Assembly (NCBI GenBank): GCA_964016885.1
Contig: OZ024741.1
Coordinates: 36,828,001 to 36,892,000 of the forward strand
Source: Eledone cirrhosa
Taxonomy: Eukaryota
Direction of reading: 5' to 3'
DNA: 64,000 nucleotides
Shown here: positions 11,301-24,631 of the stretch, piece by piece
Layout of the letters: the number at the start of each line of letters is the position of its first letter
Position numbering within the stretch: position 1 is the first letter of the stretch
Notes under the pieces: generated by a model
Databases searched by the model: none
What the model was told of the DNA's origin: nothing
Seen by the model: the letters and a program-made list of their open reading frames with translations, nothing else
Translations under genes and position numbers: made by a program

Positions 11301-14300
11301 GTACATTTACATATTTGGTACGTTTATATATTTAGGACATTTACATATTTAGAAGAGTTGCGCCCCCTGTTCAAATTAGCAACTGTAAAACAACCCTTGA
11401 TAGAACAATCACATAATTCACCATATATTGCTCATCGCAACAAGAAGCATGTCCCCTGATAAAAAACCAGATCAAATTAAAAAGATTGGTTACTGGATCC
11501 CTACTGAAATATAAAGAATTTGTAAATATCTACCATACTCTGAGCGCCTTGCTTCCCTGGGCATGGATACATTGAAGCTCCGACGCCTGGCAACTGACTT
11601 GGTAAACACCCACAAAATTGTTAACCATGTTGCCAACAACAACCCTGAGTACCTTTTTGATTTCCATGTGTCTAACACACGTGGACATGCCCACAAAGTA
11701 AGAAAACAGCACAGTTCCCTTGACTTTCGGAAACATTTTTTAACGCTCAGAGTTGCTGAAGCATGGAACAAACGACCTGCATCAGTTGTTAGCTGTCGAG
11801 GCACTGCATCCTTTAAGGCCTCCATGCTTCCCGAGATCCGCCAACACTACAGCTAACATTTGTGTATTATTCTATGTACTATACATACACCTTTGACGAG
11901 TTGTAGTGCACCTGAGCACTTTACACAATAATTTCATTATTATTATTATAACTTTATAGTGTGAACTGGGTGTTTTTTGCCGTGACACCAAAATGACCAC
12001 TTTACAGTATGGACTGGGTGTTTTTTATCGTGACACCTAGACGAATACTTTACAGTATGGACTGGGTGCTTTTTGCCACGACACCATCACGACCACTTTA
12101 CAGTGTGGACTGGGTCCTTTTTGCCATGACACCATCACGACCACTTTACAGTGTGAACTGGGTGCTTTTTGCCATGACACCATCACGACCACTTTACAGT
12201 GTGGATTGGGTGCTTTTTGCCATGACACCATCACGACCACTTTACAGTGTGAACTGGGTGCTTTTTGCCATGACACCATCACGACCACTTTACAGTGTGG
12301 ACTGGGTGCTTTTTGCCATGACACCATCACGACCACTTTACAGTGTGAACTGGGTGCTTTTTGCCATGACACCATCACGACCACTTTACAGTGTGGACTG
12401 GGTGCTTTTTGCCATGACACCATCACGACCACTTTACAGTGTGGACTGGGTGCTTTTTGCCATGACACCATCACGACCACTTTACAGTGTGGACTGGGTG
12501 CTTTTTGCCATGACACCATCACGACCACTTTACAGTGTGGACTGGGTGCTTTTTGCCATGACACCATCACGACCACTTTACAGTGTGGACTGGGTGCTTT
12601 TTGCCATGACACCATCACGGCCACTTTACAGTGTGGACTGGGTGCTTTTTGCCATGACACCATCACGACCACTTTACAGTGTGGACTGGGTGCTTTTTGC
12701 CATGACACCATCACGACCACTTTACAGTGTGGACTGGGTGCTTTTTGCCATGACACCATCACGACCACTTTACAGTGTGGACTGGGTGCTTTTTGCCATG
12801 ACACCAACATAATCACTTTACAGGGTGAACTGGGTGCTTTTTGCCATGACACCAACATAATCACTTTACAGGGTGAACTGGGTGCTTTTTGCCATGACAC
12901 CAACATGATCACTTTAAAGGGTGGACTGGGTGCTTTTTGCCATGACACCATCACGACCACTTTACAGTGGTCTGTGGAATAAATTACCTCAGTTCTTTTG
13001 GTGCATTATAATGTACAGTTGGATGTCTTCTCTGTCTTGTTGTTCATTACTGATTCCTCTCTTCCTCTCTAGCTACCATGTAGGAATGTGTGGTGATGGT
13101 GCCAATGACTGTGGAGCTCTCAAAATTGCACATGCAGGAATTTCATTATCCGAAACTGAAGCATCGGTGGCATCAGCATTCACTTCAAAGATTCCTACCA
13201 TTGAATGTGTTCCAACAGTTATCAAGTAAGTAGTTCACTGTTGCTTAGCAACATTGTCTAGACTTAACCTCACATTAATGGTGTTTATTTACAACTAATA
13301 ACCTCATTATTTAGAGTTTATTTATATAAAAATATATATACACACATATATATACACATATATATATATACACATATATATACACATATATACACACATA
13401 TAAATATATACACACCCACACATGCATACACACACATATATGGAGAGAGATAGAAAGATAGAGACAGACTGACAGAAAACAATATTTATAACATTTGCCC
13501 CCCCTTTTTTATATCTTATATTTGCCATTTATAAATTCTCAATAAAAATGTTAGAATGATTTTTGACAGAGCGTAGCATTTGTGTGACAGACTGACCAAA
13601 AAGGCTATACTGTTATTATAATATTGTTTTCACTTCATCTAGACAAGGTCGTGCATCCCTTGTTACTACATTTGGAATCTTTAAATACATGGCCTGCTAC
13701 AGTCTCATTCAGTCCACCTCAGTCCTTATTCTATACAATGTAAGTATATGACATATATTAATACATTTTAACCCCTTTGTTATCTTATTTTTGAAAAGAA
13801 TATACTGCCTTGTGTTTTAATTATCAAAATCAATCAATCAAATTAATCAGATCATACTGAATGGGGTGGAGCTCATCAAATTGGACCAAGGAAACAATGT
13901 TTCTATTGGTCTTTCTATTGATGATACTATCTACTTGTTGCAACTCTTGGCAGAAAGAGTAACATGAAATAAAGTGTCTTGCTCAAGAACATAACACATC
14001 ACCCGGTCCAGGAATCAAACGCGTAGCCTCTAAGCCACACACCTTCACTCTTATCGAAATAGTAAAAATTTATGAGAGGTTTACGAGAATTGAAGGCATA
14101 TGACCTATGGCTAAGGTGTTGGACTTACAATCATAATGTCATAGTTTTTATTCCTGAACCAGGTGGCATGAAGTGTTCTTGAACAGAACACTCCATTGCA
14201 TGCTGCTCAGCTGAAGATTGGTACCAACAGCAGCTATTGGTTAACCCTGTGATGGACTGGCATCTTTTCCTGGGGGGATGGCTTATACTCTGAGATGCTT

Positions 14301-17300
14301 AATGCCAGGGAACAATGAAACCGGAGATAAACACTAGCTGATAAACCTGATGCCTTGGGACAGACTTCAACATTTTTAACTAGAATAAGTAACTTTCAGA
14401 TTAAGGAGTCCTAGTAAGACTGAAACATGTACTTTGTTGTTTGCAATGGTTGGAGTACTCTCTAACTATTCATCACAATCTCTATTTGGAAGTTTAAGGG
14501 TTACATGTATTCCAATGTTCAACCAATTAGCTGTGAATCTTGCAAAAGCAATCTTTTGTTTTTTGTGTACAAAGGGAATAACTGAAGGTTTTTCACATTT
14601 ATTCTTTTTTTTTTTTTGTTATATATAATGATGAAGATGAATGAAATTATTGTGTACAGTGCTCAAGTGCACTACAACTCATCAAAGGTGCATGTATAGT
14701 ACATAGAATAATGTACAAATGTCAGGAAAATGAACAGTGTATGAGTCATGATATAATAATAACAACAATGGAATATTGTGTACAGTGCCCAGGTGCACTA
14801 CAACTCATCAAAAAAGTGCATGTACAGTACATAGGGCAATGCACAAACATCAGTAAAATGAACAGTGCACAAGTCATGATACACACATGTGTGCATGTGT
14901 ATGGAAGGGGTACATCAGGTGTAGTTTTGGCGTATTTCGGGAAGCATGAGTGTCTTTTTCAGTGTATCCCATTTTTTTAAGAATAGGTACTCCATGTGCC
15001 CTTGTTTTAACTTAAGGTTCTCTTAACCTTTTTTTGGTATGGTTTCTACTGTTGGATAGTTCCATCTCCCCTTGTAACACTCACCACTTTTATTGTGGCA
15101 CCAGTACTAAGGAGGTTTTTTTCATATATATTTATTATATAGTGTATATATGTACAATAAAGGAGTATTTTTTTCATATTGTAAAGTGGTCGTGCTGGTG
15201 ACATTACAAAATGCACCTATATTTTATCTCAATTTTGAAGTAATCCATGAAATTTCTTTTTCTAGATTACCAGTAATTTAACAGACTTTCAATTTCTCTA
15301 CATTGATCTGTTCCTTATCCTGACTCTTGGAGTTACATGTACGTAACTATAATATCATTTTTCTTACATAATTCTTTGTCATATTCTATGGTTAATGCAA
15401 AACAGTCAAACCATAAATCTCTGTAATTTTTTATGGTCAACCCTTTAGCATTTACATTACTCTATATTTACTATTGTATTTTCGCGGTAAAAGCTTTATT
15501 TCACATAATATGGAATCTATGAGATATTTATTTTGAGAACAATACCTTAACATCAGTATGAGTGGCTGGTTACACTTGATTTGGGTGAGAGAATTCTGGC
15601 TGGATATGGCCGGTTTAAATGCTAAAGGGTTAACACAAAACAGTCAAGCTTCAACTCTTTGCATCTTCTCTCCTTGCCATTTGTATGGTCTTTAACCCTG
15701 AGCTTCTGTGTAATAATTAAAAAAAAAAATTATATTTGTGAATTAAACCTGGAAAAAAGATATGTGTCTAAACTTCTCAAATACATGGCCACTCTTTCCT
15801 GAGGAACTTAGTCTACAGCAACAATTTGAAACCCTGATTTGTGTAGAAAGCAGTGTAAAAAAAGTAGTAGAGTTGATTTAATCAACTAACCTCTCTTCTC
15901 AAATTTCTGGCCTTGTGCCTATAATTAGAAACAGTATCAGAAGAGGGTCGGACGCCATGCTTTGACGTATAGAGTTACGGCCCTTGCCATTCTGAGTTCA
16001 AATCCCGCCGAGGTTAACTTTGCCTTTCATCCTTACGGGGTTGATAAAATAAAGTACCAGTAATGCACTGGATAATTATTATTTTTATGGCCCTTTATGT
16101 TCTAAGTTCAAATCCTGCCGAGGTTAGATTTGCTTTTCATCCTTATGGGGTCGATAAAATAAAGTACCAGTAACGCACTGGGGCTGATTTGATCGACTTT
16201 CACTTCCCCCAAAAATGCTGGCCTTGTACCTAAAGTAGAAACAATTATTATTGTTGTTGGTGTTGTTTGTGTGTTTCCTCTTCCTTCAGTCCTGTTTCTA
16301 TTTCATGTTGAATGTCTTCTCGACAATTAGCGCAGAGAAACTCTTTACACAGTTACATGTATATCATTTGCTTTATACATGTGCACATTATCTGTTTAAA
16401 ATCAGCACCACCACCACTATCATTATCATCACCACCACCACCACCTCAGTGTCATCATCATCATCAACAACAACAAATAATTGTTTCTACTTTAGGCACA
16501 AGGCCAGCAATAAACCAGTGCATTACTGGTACTTTATTTTATCGACCCCCGTAAGGATGAAAAGCAAAGTCAACCTCGGCGGGATTTGAACTCAGATCGT
16601 AAAGGGACGTAACTATGCTGGAAAGCATGGCGTCCGACCCTCTACCGATACTGCCAATCCACCGCCAACAACAACAAATAATAATTAGTTACTATGTTAG
16701 AAATCATTACTATTTATAAATAATTTGATAATTTGTCCTTGTAATGTTCTCCTCATGCAATGCCCTTGTGGCAATAATATAGAAACAGTTATTAAATGTT
16801 GTTCTCGTGTTAAATATAATTTCAGTTGGCCGTACTGATGCCTATCCTCACATTTCAAAGCAGCAGCCTCCCAAAAGTTTAGCCAGTTTTCCACCTGTGT
16901 TGTCCCTGATCTTACAAACCATTGTGCAGATAGCTATACAGTTAATCTGTTTTATATCTGTCAAGAATCAAAAATGGTAAGTACACTATCAAGTCATTGC
17001 CTAAGTGACAAAAAGAGGGGGGAAGATGGAAAAGAAATAATAATAAAAAAAAAAGAAATGAGTAAAAATGGTGTGTGGGTAAACTCTAAACCTTTGGCTG
17101 GATGGTATATCTCAGCTGTGTACTGGACAGGATGGTGAAAGCATTGCCACAGAGAACAGCCAGAGATATCCACTGCATCAGTCATTCCACCTCACGAGGG
17201 CCCCTTCCTCGGATATGAGGCTTTCCTCTTCATTTGGTGGAGGAAGGCACCAGAGGTCTTGATATCTGCTGCATCAGTCATTCCACTTCAGGTGTGATGT

Positions 17301-20300
17301 CTTCCTTGTGATTTGGTGGAGGAAGGCACCAGAGGTCTTGACATCTGCTGTAGGTATGATGTCTTCCTTGTGATTTGGTGGAAGAAGTCACCAGAGGGCT
17401 TGATAGGAACTGTCACAAGAGGAAAAGGTCAATTAATGCCTGGTATTCTTAGATCTTATCATTTTCTCATCAGATCTTACTATATATATATATTTTTTTT
17501 TTTGTTAACTCCACAGATGGTGAATTGTAATGAGAGCATCAGACTTTGGTATTTGTTCCAGTTCTCTGCTCTCTGAGTTCAAATCTCACCAAAGTCAACT
17601 TTGGCTTTCATTCTTTCATGGTTGAAAAATAAAATACGTGTCCAGTGGGGTAGTGAATTGGCAGAATTTTTTAAAATGGTGTCTGCTTAGGTACTGCATG
17701 TTCTCAGTTGAATTCCTGCCTCATGTCACTGGAAAAGCAGTGATGGTGCTGTCAGGTTTTGCTACTGGTAAATATTGTCAGCAATGGAGGCACATGGCGT
17801 AGTGGTTAGAGCATTGGCCTTGCAATCGAAAGGTTGTGAGTTCAATTCTCAGACCGGGTGATGTGTTGTTTCCTTGAGCAAGACACTTTATTTCACATTG
17901 CTCCAGTTTACTCAGCTGTAGAAATGAGATGATAGGGACTGGGGTCCCTATCATTCCACTGCAAAGTGGTCGTGGAGGTGTCACGGCAAAAAAACACCCA
18001 GCACTCACTGTAAATGAGGTTGGTGTTAGGAAGGGCATCCAGCTGTAGAAATCAAGCCAGAATCAGTTCCCGTCCCACCCTTGCAAGCAGGGAAAAAGCG
18101 GACGTAAAATGATGATGATGATGAATGGAAAGACAGAGGAAATACTGATTTTGGTTTGATCTCATGATTGGCTCCTTTCCCTTTATATTTTAACCACTCT
18201 ACCATGTCAGTTGGTTTTCAAGTTAATCATGGACAGTTAAAAAGGCTGCTCAGCCACTGATGACATCACAATGTTGTAAATGGGGTTAGCGTTAGGAAGG
18301 ACATCTAGCCGTAGAAATAAAGCCCAAATCAGTTCTGTATGAGCAAGATATGGTCATCTGATCTAGTTTGTTTCACAATGGGACAACTCGTCTAACCCAT
18401 GCTAGTGTGAAAAAATGGACATTAAATGCTGATGTCGCTATACATATATATATATACACACATAAATACACACACACACACATATATATATAAATATATA
18501 TATGTATACCATTTATATTGTGTGGTTTACCAATGTATTTTCATATTAAAACTTTAAAGAATGTTTCCAGTCCAGCCTTCTGTTGTTTTTAAATGGCGTC
18601 ACGCAGTAATACAGAAGACCCGACTTCCCACGGGAACAAGCCGAAGCTGAAGCATATAGACAATATGCTCCCACCTCCTCCCACCGTAAAGTCGTCGTGG
18701 AGGTGTCACGACAAAAAAGCACCCAGCACTCACTGTAAATCAGGTTGGTGTTAGGAAGGCCATCCAGCTGTAGAAATCGAGCCAAAATCAGTTCTCGTAT
18801 GAGCAAGACAAGATCACCCGTCCTAACATCGCCCACAACAGGACAATCCGTCTAACCCATGCTAGCGTGGAAGAATGGATGTAAAACGGTAATGATGATA
18901 TATATATGTAGATGAAACAATGGCCGAGCTAGAGAAGAAATTCCAAACATGGAAGCACGGCCTAGAATCAAAAGGCCTTAAAATTAACCTGGCTAAGACT
19001 AAAGTTCTAGTTTGTAAGAAAGAAAATAAAGCGGCGGTCCCCTCCGGGAAGTGGCCATGCTCAGAGTGTAGGAAAGGCGTAGGTAGAAACTCCATTTTGT
19101 GTCCCAAATGCAAAGTTTGGGTGCATAAAAGATGTAGTGGGATCACAGGTAAGCTAACTAAGAACATAGATTTTACATGTGGCCGGTGTTCTGGGGAAAT
19201 AAGTAGCAGCAAGTGCCCAAAAAATACTAGCTCTTTCAACTGCGCAGAGGGTTCTATAGTGGACAGCTTCCGTTACCTGGGTGACAAAATCAGCAGTGGG
19301 GGAGGGTGCTCTGAAAGTACAGTAGCTAGAGTCAGAACTGGGTGGAAAAAGTTCAGAGAGCTCATACCACTATTAGCCGCTAAAGGGTTCTCCCTAAAAA
19401 TGAAAGGCAGGTTGTACGATGCCTGCATACGAACAGCAATGTTGCACGGCAGTGAGACCTGGGCATTGTGTGCAGAGGATATACGCAGACTAGAGAGAAA
19501 CGAAGCTTGCATGCTCCGCTGGATGTGTAATAGTAATATACGTGAACGGCAAAGCATAAACGAACTAAGGAAAAAATTAGAAATAAGAGGGATCAGATGT
19601 TGTTTACTCGAGAGAAGGCTACGTTGGTATGGTCACATGATGCGCATGAAGGACGATAGCTGTATAACAAAGTGCAGGGCAATAAAGATAGACGGTAGCC
19701 ACGGAATAGGCAGACCCAGAAAAACCTGGGACGAGCTGATAAATTCCGACCTGACACACTTACACCTCACCAAGACAATGTCACTGGACCGAGACCTTTG
19801 GCGGTACTCAGTAATAGAGTGGGACGGGAGTGTATTTTGTTAGAGATGCCTACTGACTGTAGTAGGTTTTACTTTGTATTTAGGTACAGTCAGTAGGCAT
19901 CTCTAACAAAATACACCCCCACCCCATCCACACCGCCCCTTTCAATGTAAAGTTATGTTGGTGCCACAACATCCAGGCCGAAACTAATGAGATCGTGTAG
20001 GTGTCACGTAAAAAAAAACAGACAGTTCACGCTGTAATGTGGCCGTGTAGGTAACACGGTAAAAACCTCCCAGACCCACACTGTAAATGTGGTTGGTGTT
20101 AGGAAGGGCATCCAACTGTAGAAAACCTGCCAGACAGTCCTATGCGAGCAAGATAACCACTCTTGCCTCAAGTGGGAAAACCCTCCGTCCAAACTCATGC
20201 AAGCGTGGAACACGGACGTTAAACGATGATGATGATGATGATGATGATGATGTGTATATTAGTAAAAGTAGAGGATCAGCTGTGAGCTTGGTTTCGACTA

Positions 20301-23204
20301 GTCACCTCTAACTGAAATTGCAAAGCTCACAGTAGATCCTCTACTTTTACTAATATAACTACTCTGCATAATACCATGTATTGAGTACTTTTTTGATTTG
20401 GGCTCTTTCCAGTCCCAGTACTGCAGGCTATCAATATATATATATACAAACATAAACAAGTATATCGATGGAAAAATCAATTTCTATCTTTTAAAACCCT
20501 ATTTCCTTACATATGTTTCAAGGGAGTATAGTTGTTCATCCAATTATTTGAAATGTTATGAAATATTTCAAAGTATCTGAAAAGACATGACATTTATATA
20601 CTATCACATATAATTCTCTACTTTCTTTCGAGCATTGTATATATAATTCTTTCTTTGCTATATATATATATCATTTCTGAATTTGTTTAGCAAGATTCTT
20701 TATCTGAAAACGTGTGTTGAAACCGATATTGTTATACTTTGGGAGGGTCATGTTGCCAATAAGAAACACATGCACCAGTTGCTTTCACTTCAATTTATTA
20801 TAATAAATTTATAAATTTAGGAATTTATAAATTTCCGGTTGGTTGGTTGGTTCCACAACCAGATGGTTGTTTATATATTGTCAAAGTTCTTTCGTCACAC
20901 ATTCTGTGACCTCTTCAGTGACTGGGGATTCTTTTCTTTGTTTTTGTGCCTCTCCTTTGTTCTGTCTTACACCATCTTGTTTCTGTGTGTGTGTTGTGTG
21001 CTCAGTCTGCGCATGCGCCACATCCGGGTGTCTGTGTGTGTTTATATTTGTTTATTTACATGTTACTGGTTGGTTGTTTGTTCTATGTGCGTGTGTGTTT
21101 TCATTCTGTCCTTAATTTTAAGTTCTCATGTTGCTGTTCCACTCATGTTTTCTATTTAATTTTGGTTGGAGTTCATTTATGTGTATTGCCTCTATGATTT
21201 GTCTAAACATTGCGTCTTTTCTGTGTGTAGATTCTATTTTTATTTCTATGTTCTCTAATTTACCCTTATGTTCTATTTTAGCATGTTGGTAGAGTACAGA
21301 TGATTCTTTACTATCTTGAAGGTCTCGCCAGTGTTCATTTATCCGTTCCCCTATACTACGAGCTGTCTCACCTATGTACACTATATTTTTATCTCTACAT
21401 TGTCCTTCAGTACATATTATGCTATATACTACATTTCTAGTTTTACAGTTAATATGGGGGCTTAATTTACAGATTATACATTTCTTATCTATACAGGGAG
21501 GTCTTTGAAAAGGGTATGTCTTGCTAATAAGTGTTTTTATGGAGGTACCTGGTCTTTCTACTATCTTAATATTGAGTTTATGTTTATCTAGAGCCCTTCT
21601 AAATTTGTAAGCTAATTCACCTCTAGGGGTTGTATCGATGAACATTACACTCTGGTATTTATTGTTATCATACCATGAGTTTATTCTATTAGCCTTATTC
21701 CTAGTTCTTTCTATTCTATTCCAAAATTTGCTCCTATACAAGGGGCAGGTCCCATTTGTGTCATTATTTACCATTTTTTCACATTTGGTTCTGGCTCCTC
21801 TATACACTCTGATTTTATCTCTCTGATTGTAACCAGAGAACTGCATACGGTGGATGAAGTGTTGTATGTCTCTCTAGTTCTTCGGGGTTGCACATGCGGG
21901 ACACGTTTCTCATCACCCGTACCAAATCCGCAATCAGTATGTTGATTTTGGTATGGTCCGAAACAGCTGAGTTTCGGTGGATCAGATATTTGGAAGTCAT
22001 GGGTTTGGCATAATGGGAATGGAGGATTTGTTTTTTGTTATTTTGGTATCTAACCAGAGCTCTGTGTCTAGTACGAGTAATCGATGGTTGGGGTGTTTGC
22101 TTGGGTAGTCTATAGTAACTCTAATACTCTGGTGGATGGAGTTAGCTATTTGCTGGATGCTTTCCATTGTGTTTTTCTCTAGTTCCTGACTGTTCTCTAG
22201 TGGGGGTGTCTTAACTACGATGTTTATATCATCAACGTAGCAGGAGTACATTATCAGGGTTAAGGGGTCTTCTAATTGTTGTTTAAGTCTACTGTCCCAC
22301 CATACCATGAATAGGTTAGCTATGTCGCCTGCAATGCTAACACCAATGGCTGCTCCCTCCTCTTGGACATATGTTTTTCCATTAAATTTGAACATATGTT
22401 CCTCAAGGGTTAATTTTATACTGGCCCCCACCGCATGTGCAATCATTTTCTTTAGTTCATCGTGGTTTTCGGGGATCCGTATGGCTCTGGTCCACCCGTT
22501 CCATCTATCTGTGTGGGTTTTCTTGGCCATTGAGGTAATGGTAGGTGGTCTGCCTCTTGGTGGTCTTGTAGGGCACAGGTTGCTAAGGTCATATGTATCT
22601 AGATAAACATTACTATAGGTAAGTTTAAGTAGGAGTCCCAGCTCACTGGAATCAATCCCACGGAACTCAACCTTGCTCTCACTGATCATTTCTAAGCATT
22701 TCTCCACAGCAAAATCCACGTCAATGGATGGATATAGGGACACAACATCCATACTACCTATTTGAGTGGAACAGCAACATCACAACTTACAATTAAGGAC
22801 AGAATGAAAACACACACGCACATAGAACAAACAACCAACCAGTAACATGTAAATAAACAAATAAATAAACGAATATAAACACACACATACACCCGGATGT
22901 TGCGCATGCGCAGACTGAGTGCACAACACATACACAGAAACAAGATGGCGTAAGACAGAACAAAGGAGAGGCACAAAAACAAAGAAAAGAATCCCCAGTC
23001 ACTGAAGAGGTCACAGAACGTGTGACGAAAGAACTTTGATAATATATAAACAACCATCTGGTTGTGGAACCAACCAACCAACCGGAAATTTATAAATTCC
23101 TAAATTTATAAATTTATTATAATAAATTGAAGTGAAAGCAACTGGTGCATGTTTCTTATTGGCAACATGACCCTCCCAAAGTATAACAATATATATATAT
23201 ATAT

Positions 23205-23268
<64 letters not shown>

Positions 23269-24593
23269 TCATCATTCATCATCATCATCATCATTTTACG
23301 TCCGCTTTTCCCTGCTTGCAAGGGTGGGACGGGAACTGATTCTGGCTTGATTTCTACAGCTGGATGCCCTTCCTAACACCAACCTCATTTACAGTGAGTG
23401 CTGGGTGCTTTTTTTCCGTGGCACCTCCACGTTCACTTTACAGTGAGTGCTGGGTGCTTTTTTTCCATGGCGCCTACACGTCCACTTTACAGTGTGGGCT
23501 GGGTTTTTTTGCCATGGCACCTCCACGACCACTTTGCAGTGGAATGATAAGGACCCCAGTCCTATCATCTCATTTCTACAGCTGAGTAAACTGGAGCAAT
23601 GTGAAATAAAGTGTCTTGCTCAAGGAAACAACACATCACATGGTCTGATATTACCTTCCAGTGTTCTGCCTTTATATATATATATACATTTGTATATTAG
23701 TGTGCATGCAATTATTAGGTTTATTATTCATTAAATGTTTTCTTCTTCAGGTTTATACCATATGTATCCAATGAAGAGGAAGACTATATGTCATATGAAA
23801 ACATGGCTATTTTCTTGTCTTCATCTTTCCAATACATCATCATGGCAGTAATTTACTCAAAGGGACAGCCTTTCCGCAAACCTATGTTCTCGAATTGTAA
23901 ATATATCTCTAATACTATCTTTTCTTCCTCTCTTTTTCTATTACATTAACTTTTTAAATATCAATATCAATTGATGATCATGAAGCTGCTTGGCTATTCC
24001 AATGTCTTAGCCTCACTATCCCCTGCAGCAATGCTGTGAATGGCTTGGCTTTCCTTTCAAATATTGAGAGGGAAACATCAGCATTTCCTGTGTATAATTC
24101 AGTGTGTATCTTACCTGTTTTTTTTTTCCTTCGGCTAATTTTTTTTATTGATTTGTTTCTTTTATAAATCATATATATTATATAAATAGGTAAATGAGAC
24201 TTTCATTCACAAAGTTGGCTTAAAAACCATTGATGATTACATAAATATGAAAAAGAAAGTTAAAAGCAAAATTAAGTAATGAGAAAAAGGAGAAGGGGTA
24301 AAGAAGGGCAGATCAGGCTGTATGGGAAAGTAGAGGTAGGGATTATAAATTGTGTTTATATATACAAGGTGTTTTAAAAATAGAAAATAGAAAAGCTAAA
24401 GCTATTCTGAAACAAGCTCTATTAAAGTGTTCAAATTAAATACAAGTCTTAGTCCAAAATCACATTATTACATGCTAAATAATATTAGATTTCATTAGGT
24501 AAATATTTCTTCTGTTCTGCTGCCACAATCAATATATATATGTGTATGTATGTGTGCGTATATATATATATGTATATATGTATGTTTGTGTGC

Positions 24594-24631
<38 letters not shown>

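Larger units (their letters stand above)
20690..23192 (-). mobile_element. Penelope-like retroelement (RT plus GIY-YIG endonuclease), 5'-truncated, with about 420-bp inverted pseudo-LTRs
   Basis: [21 protein letters not shown]; NVVYSIIC...[16 protein letters not shown]; two frameshifts; arms 20726-21146 and 22762-23192. Confidence 0.93.

Noticed and set aside
12009-12982. Long repetitive ORFs of 258-307 aa
   Set aside because: Artefacts of a 48-bp minisatellite that is open in several frames
17787-17860. tRNA gene (also at 6449 and 29925)
   Set aside because: tRNA-like SINE heads continuing into CORE and LINE tails; no complete cloverleaf evident
20839-21197. Hydrophobic/Cys-rich ORFs duplicated at 22758-23081
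   Set aside because: Antisense readings of the Penelope inverted repeat
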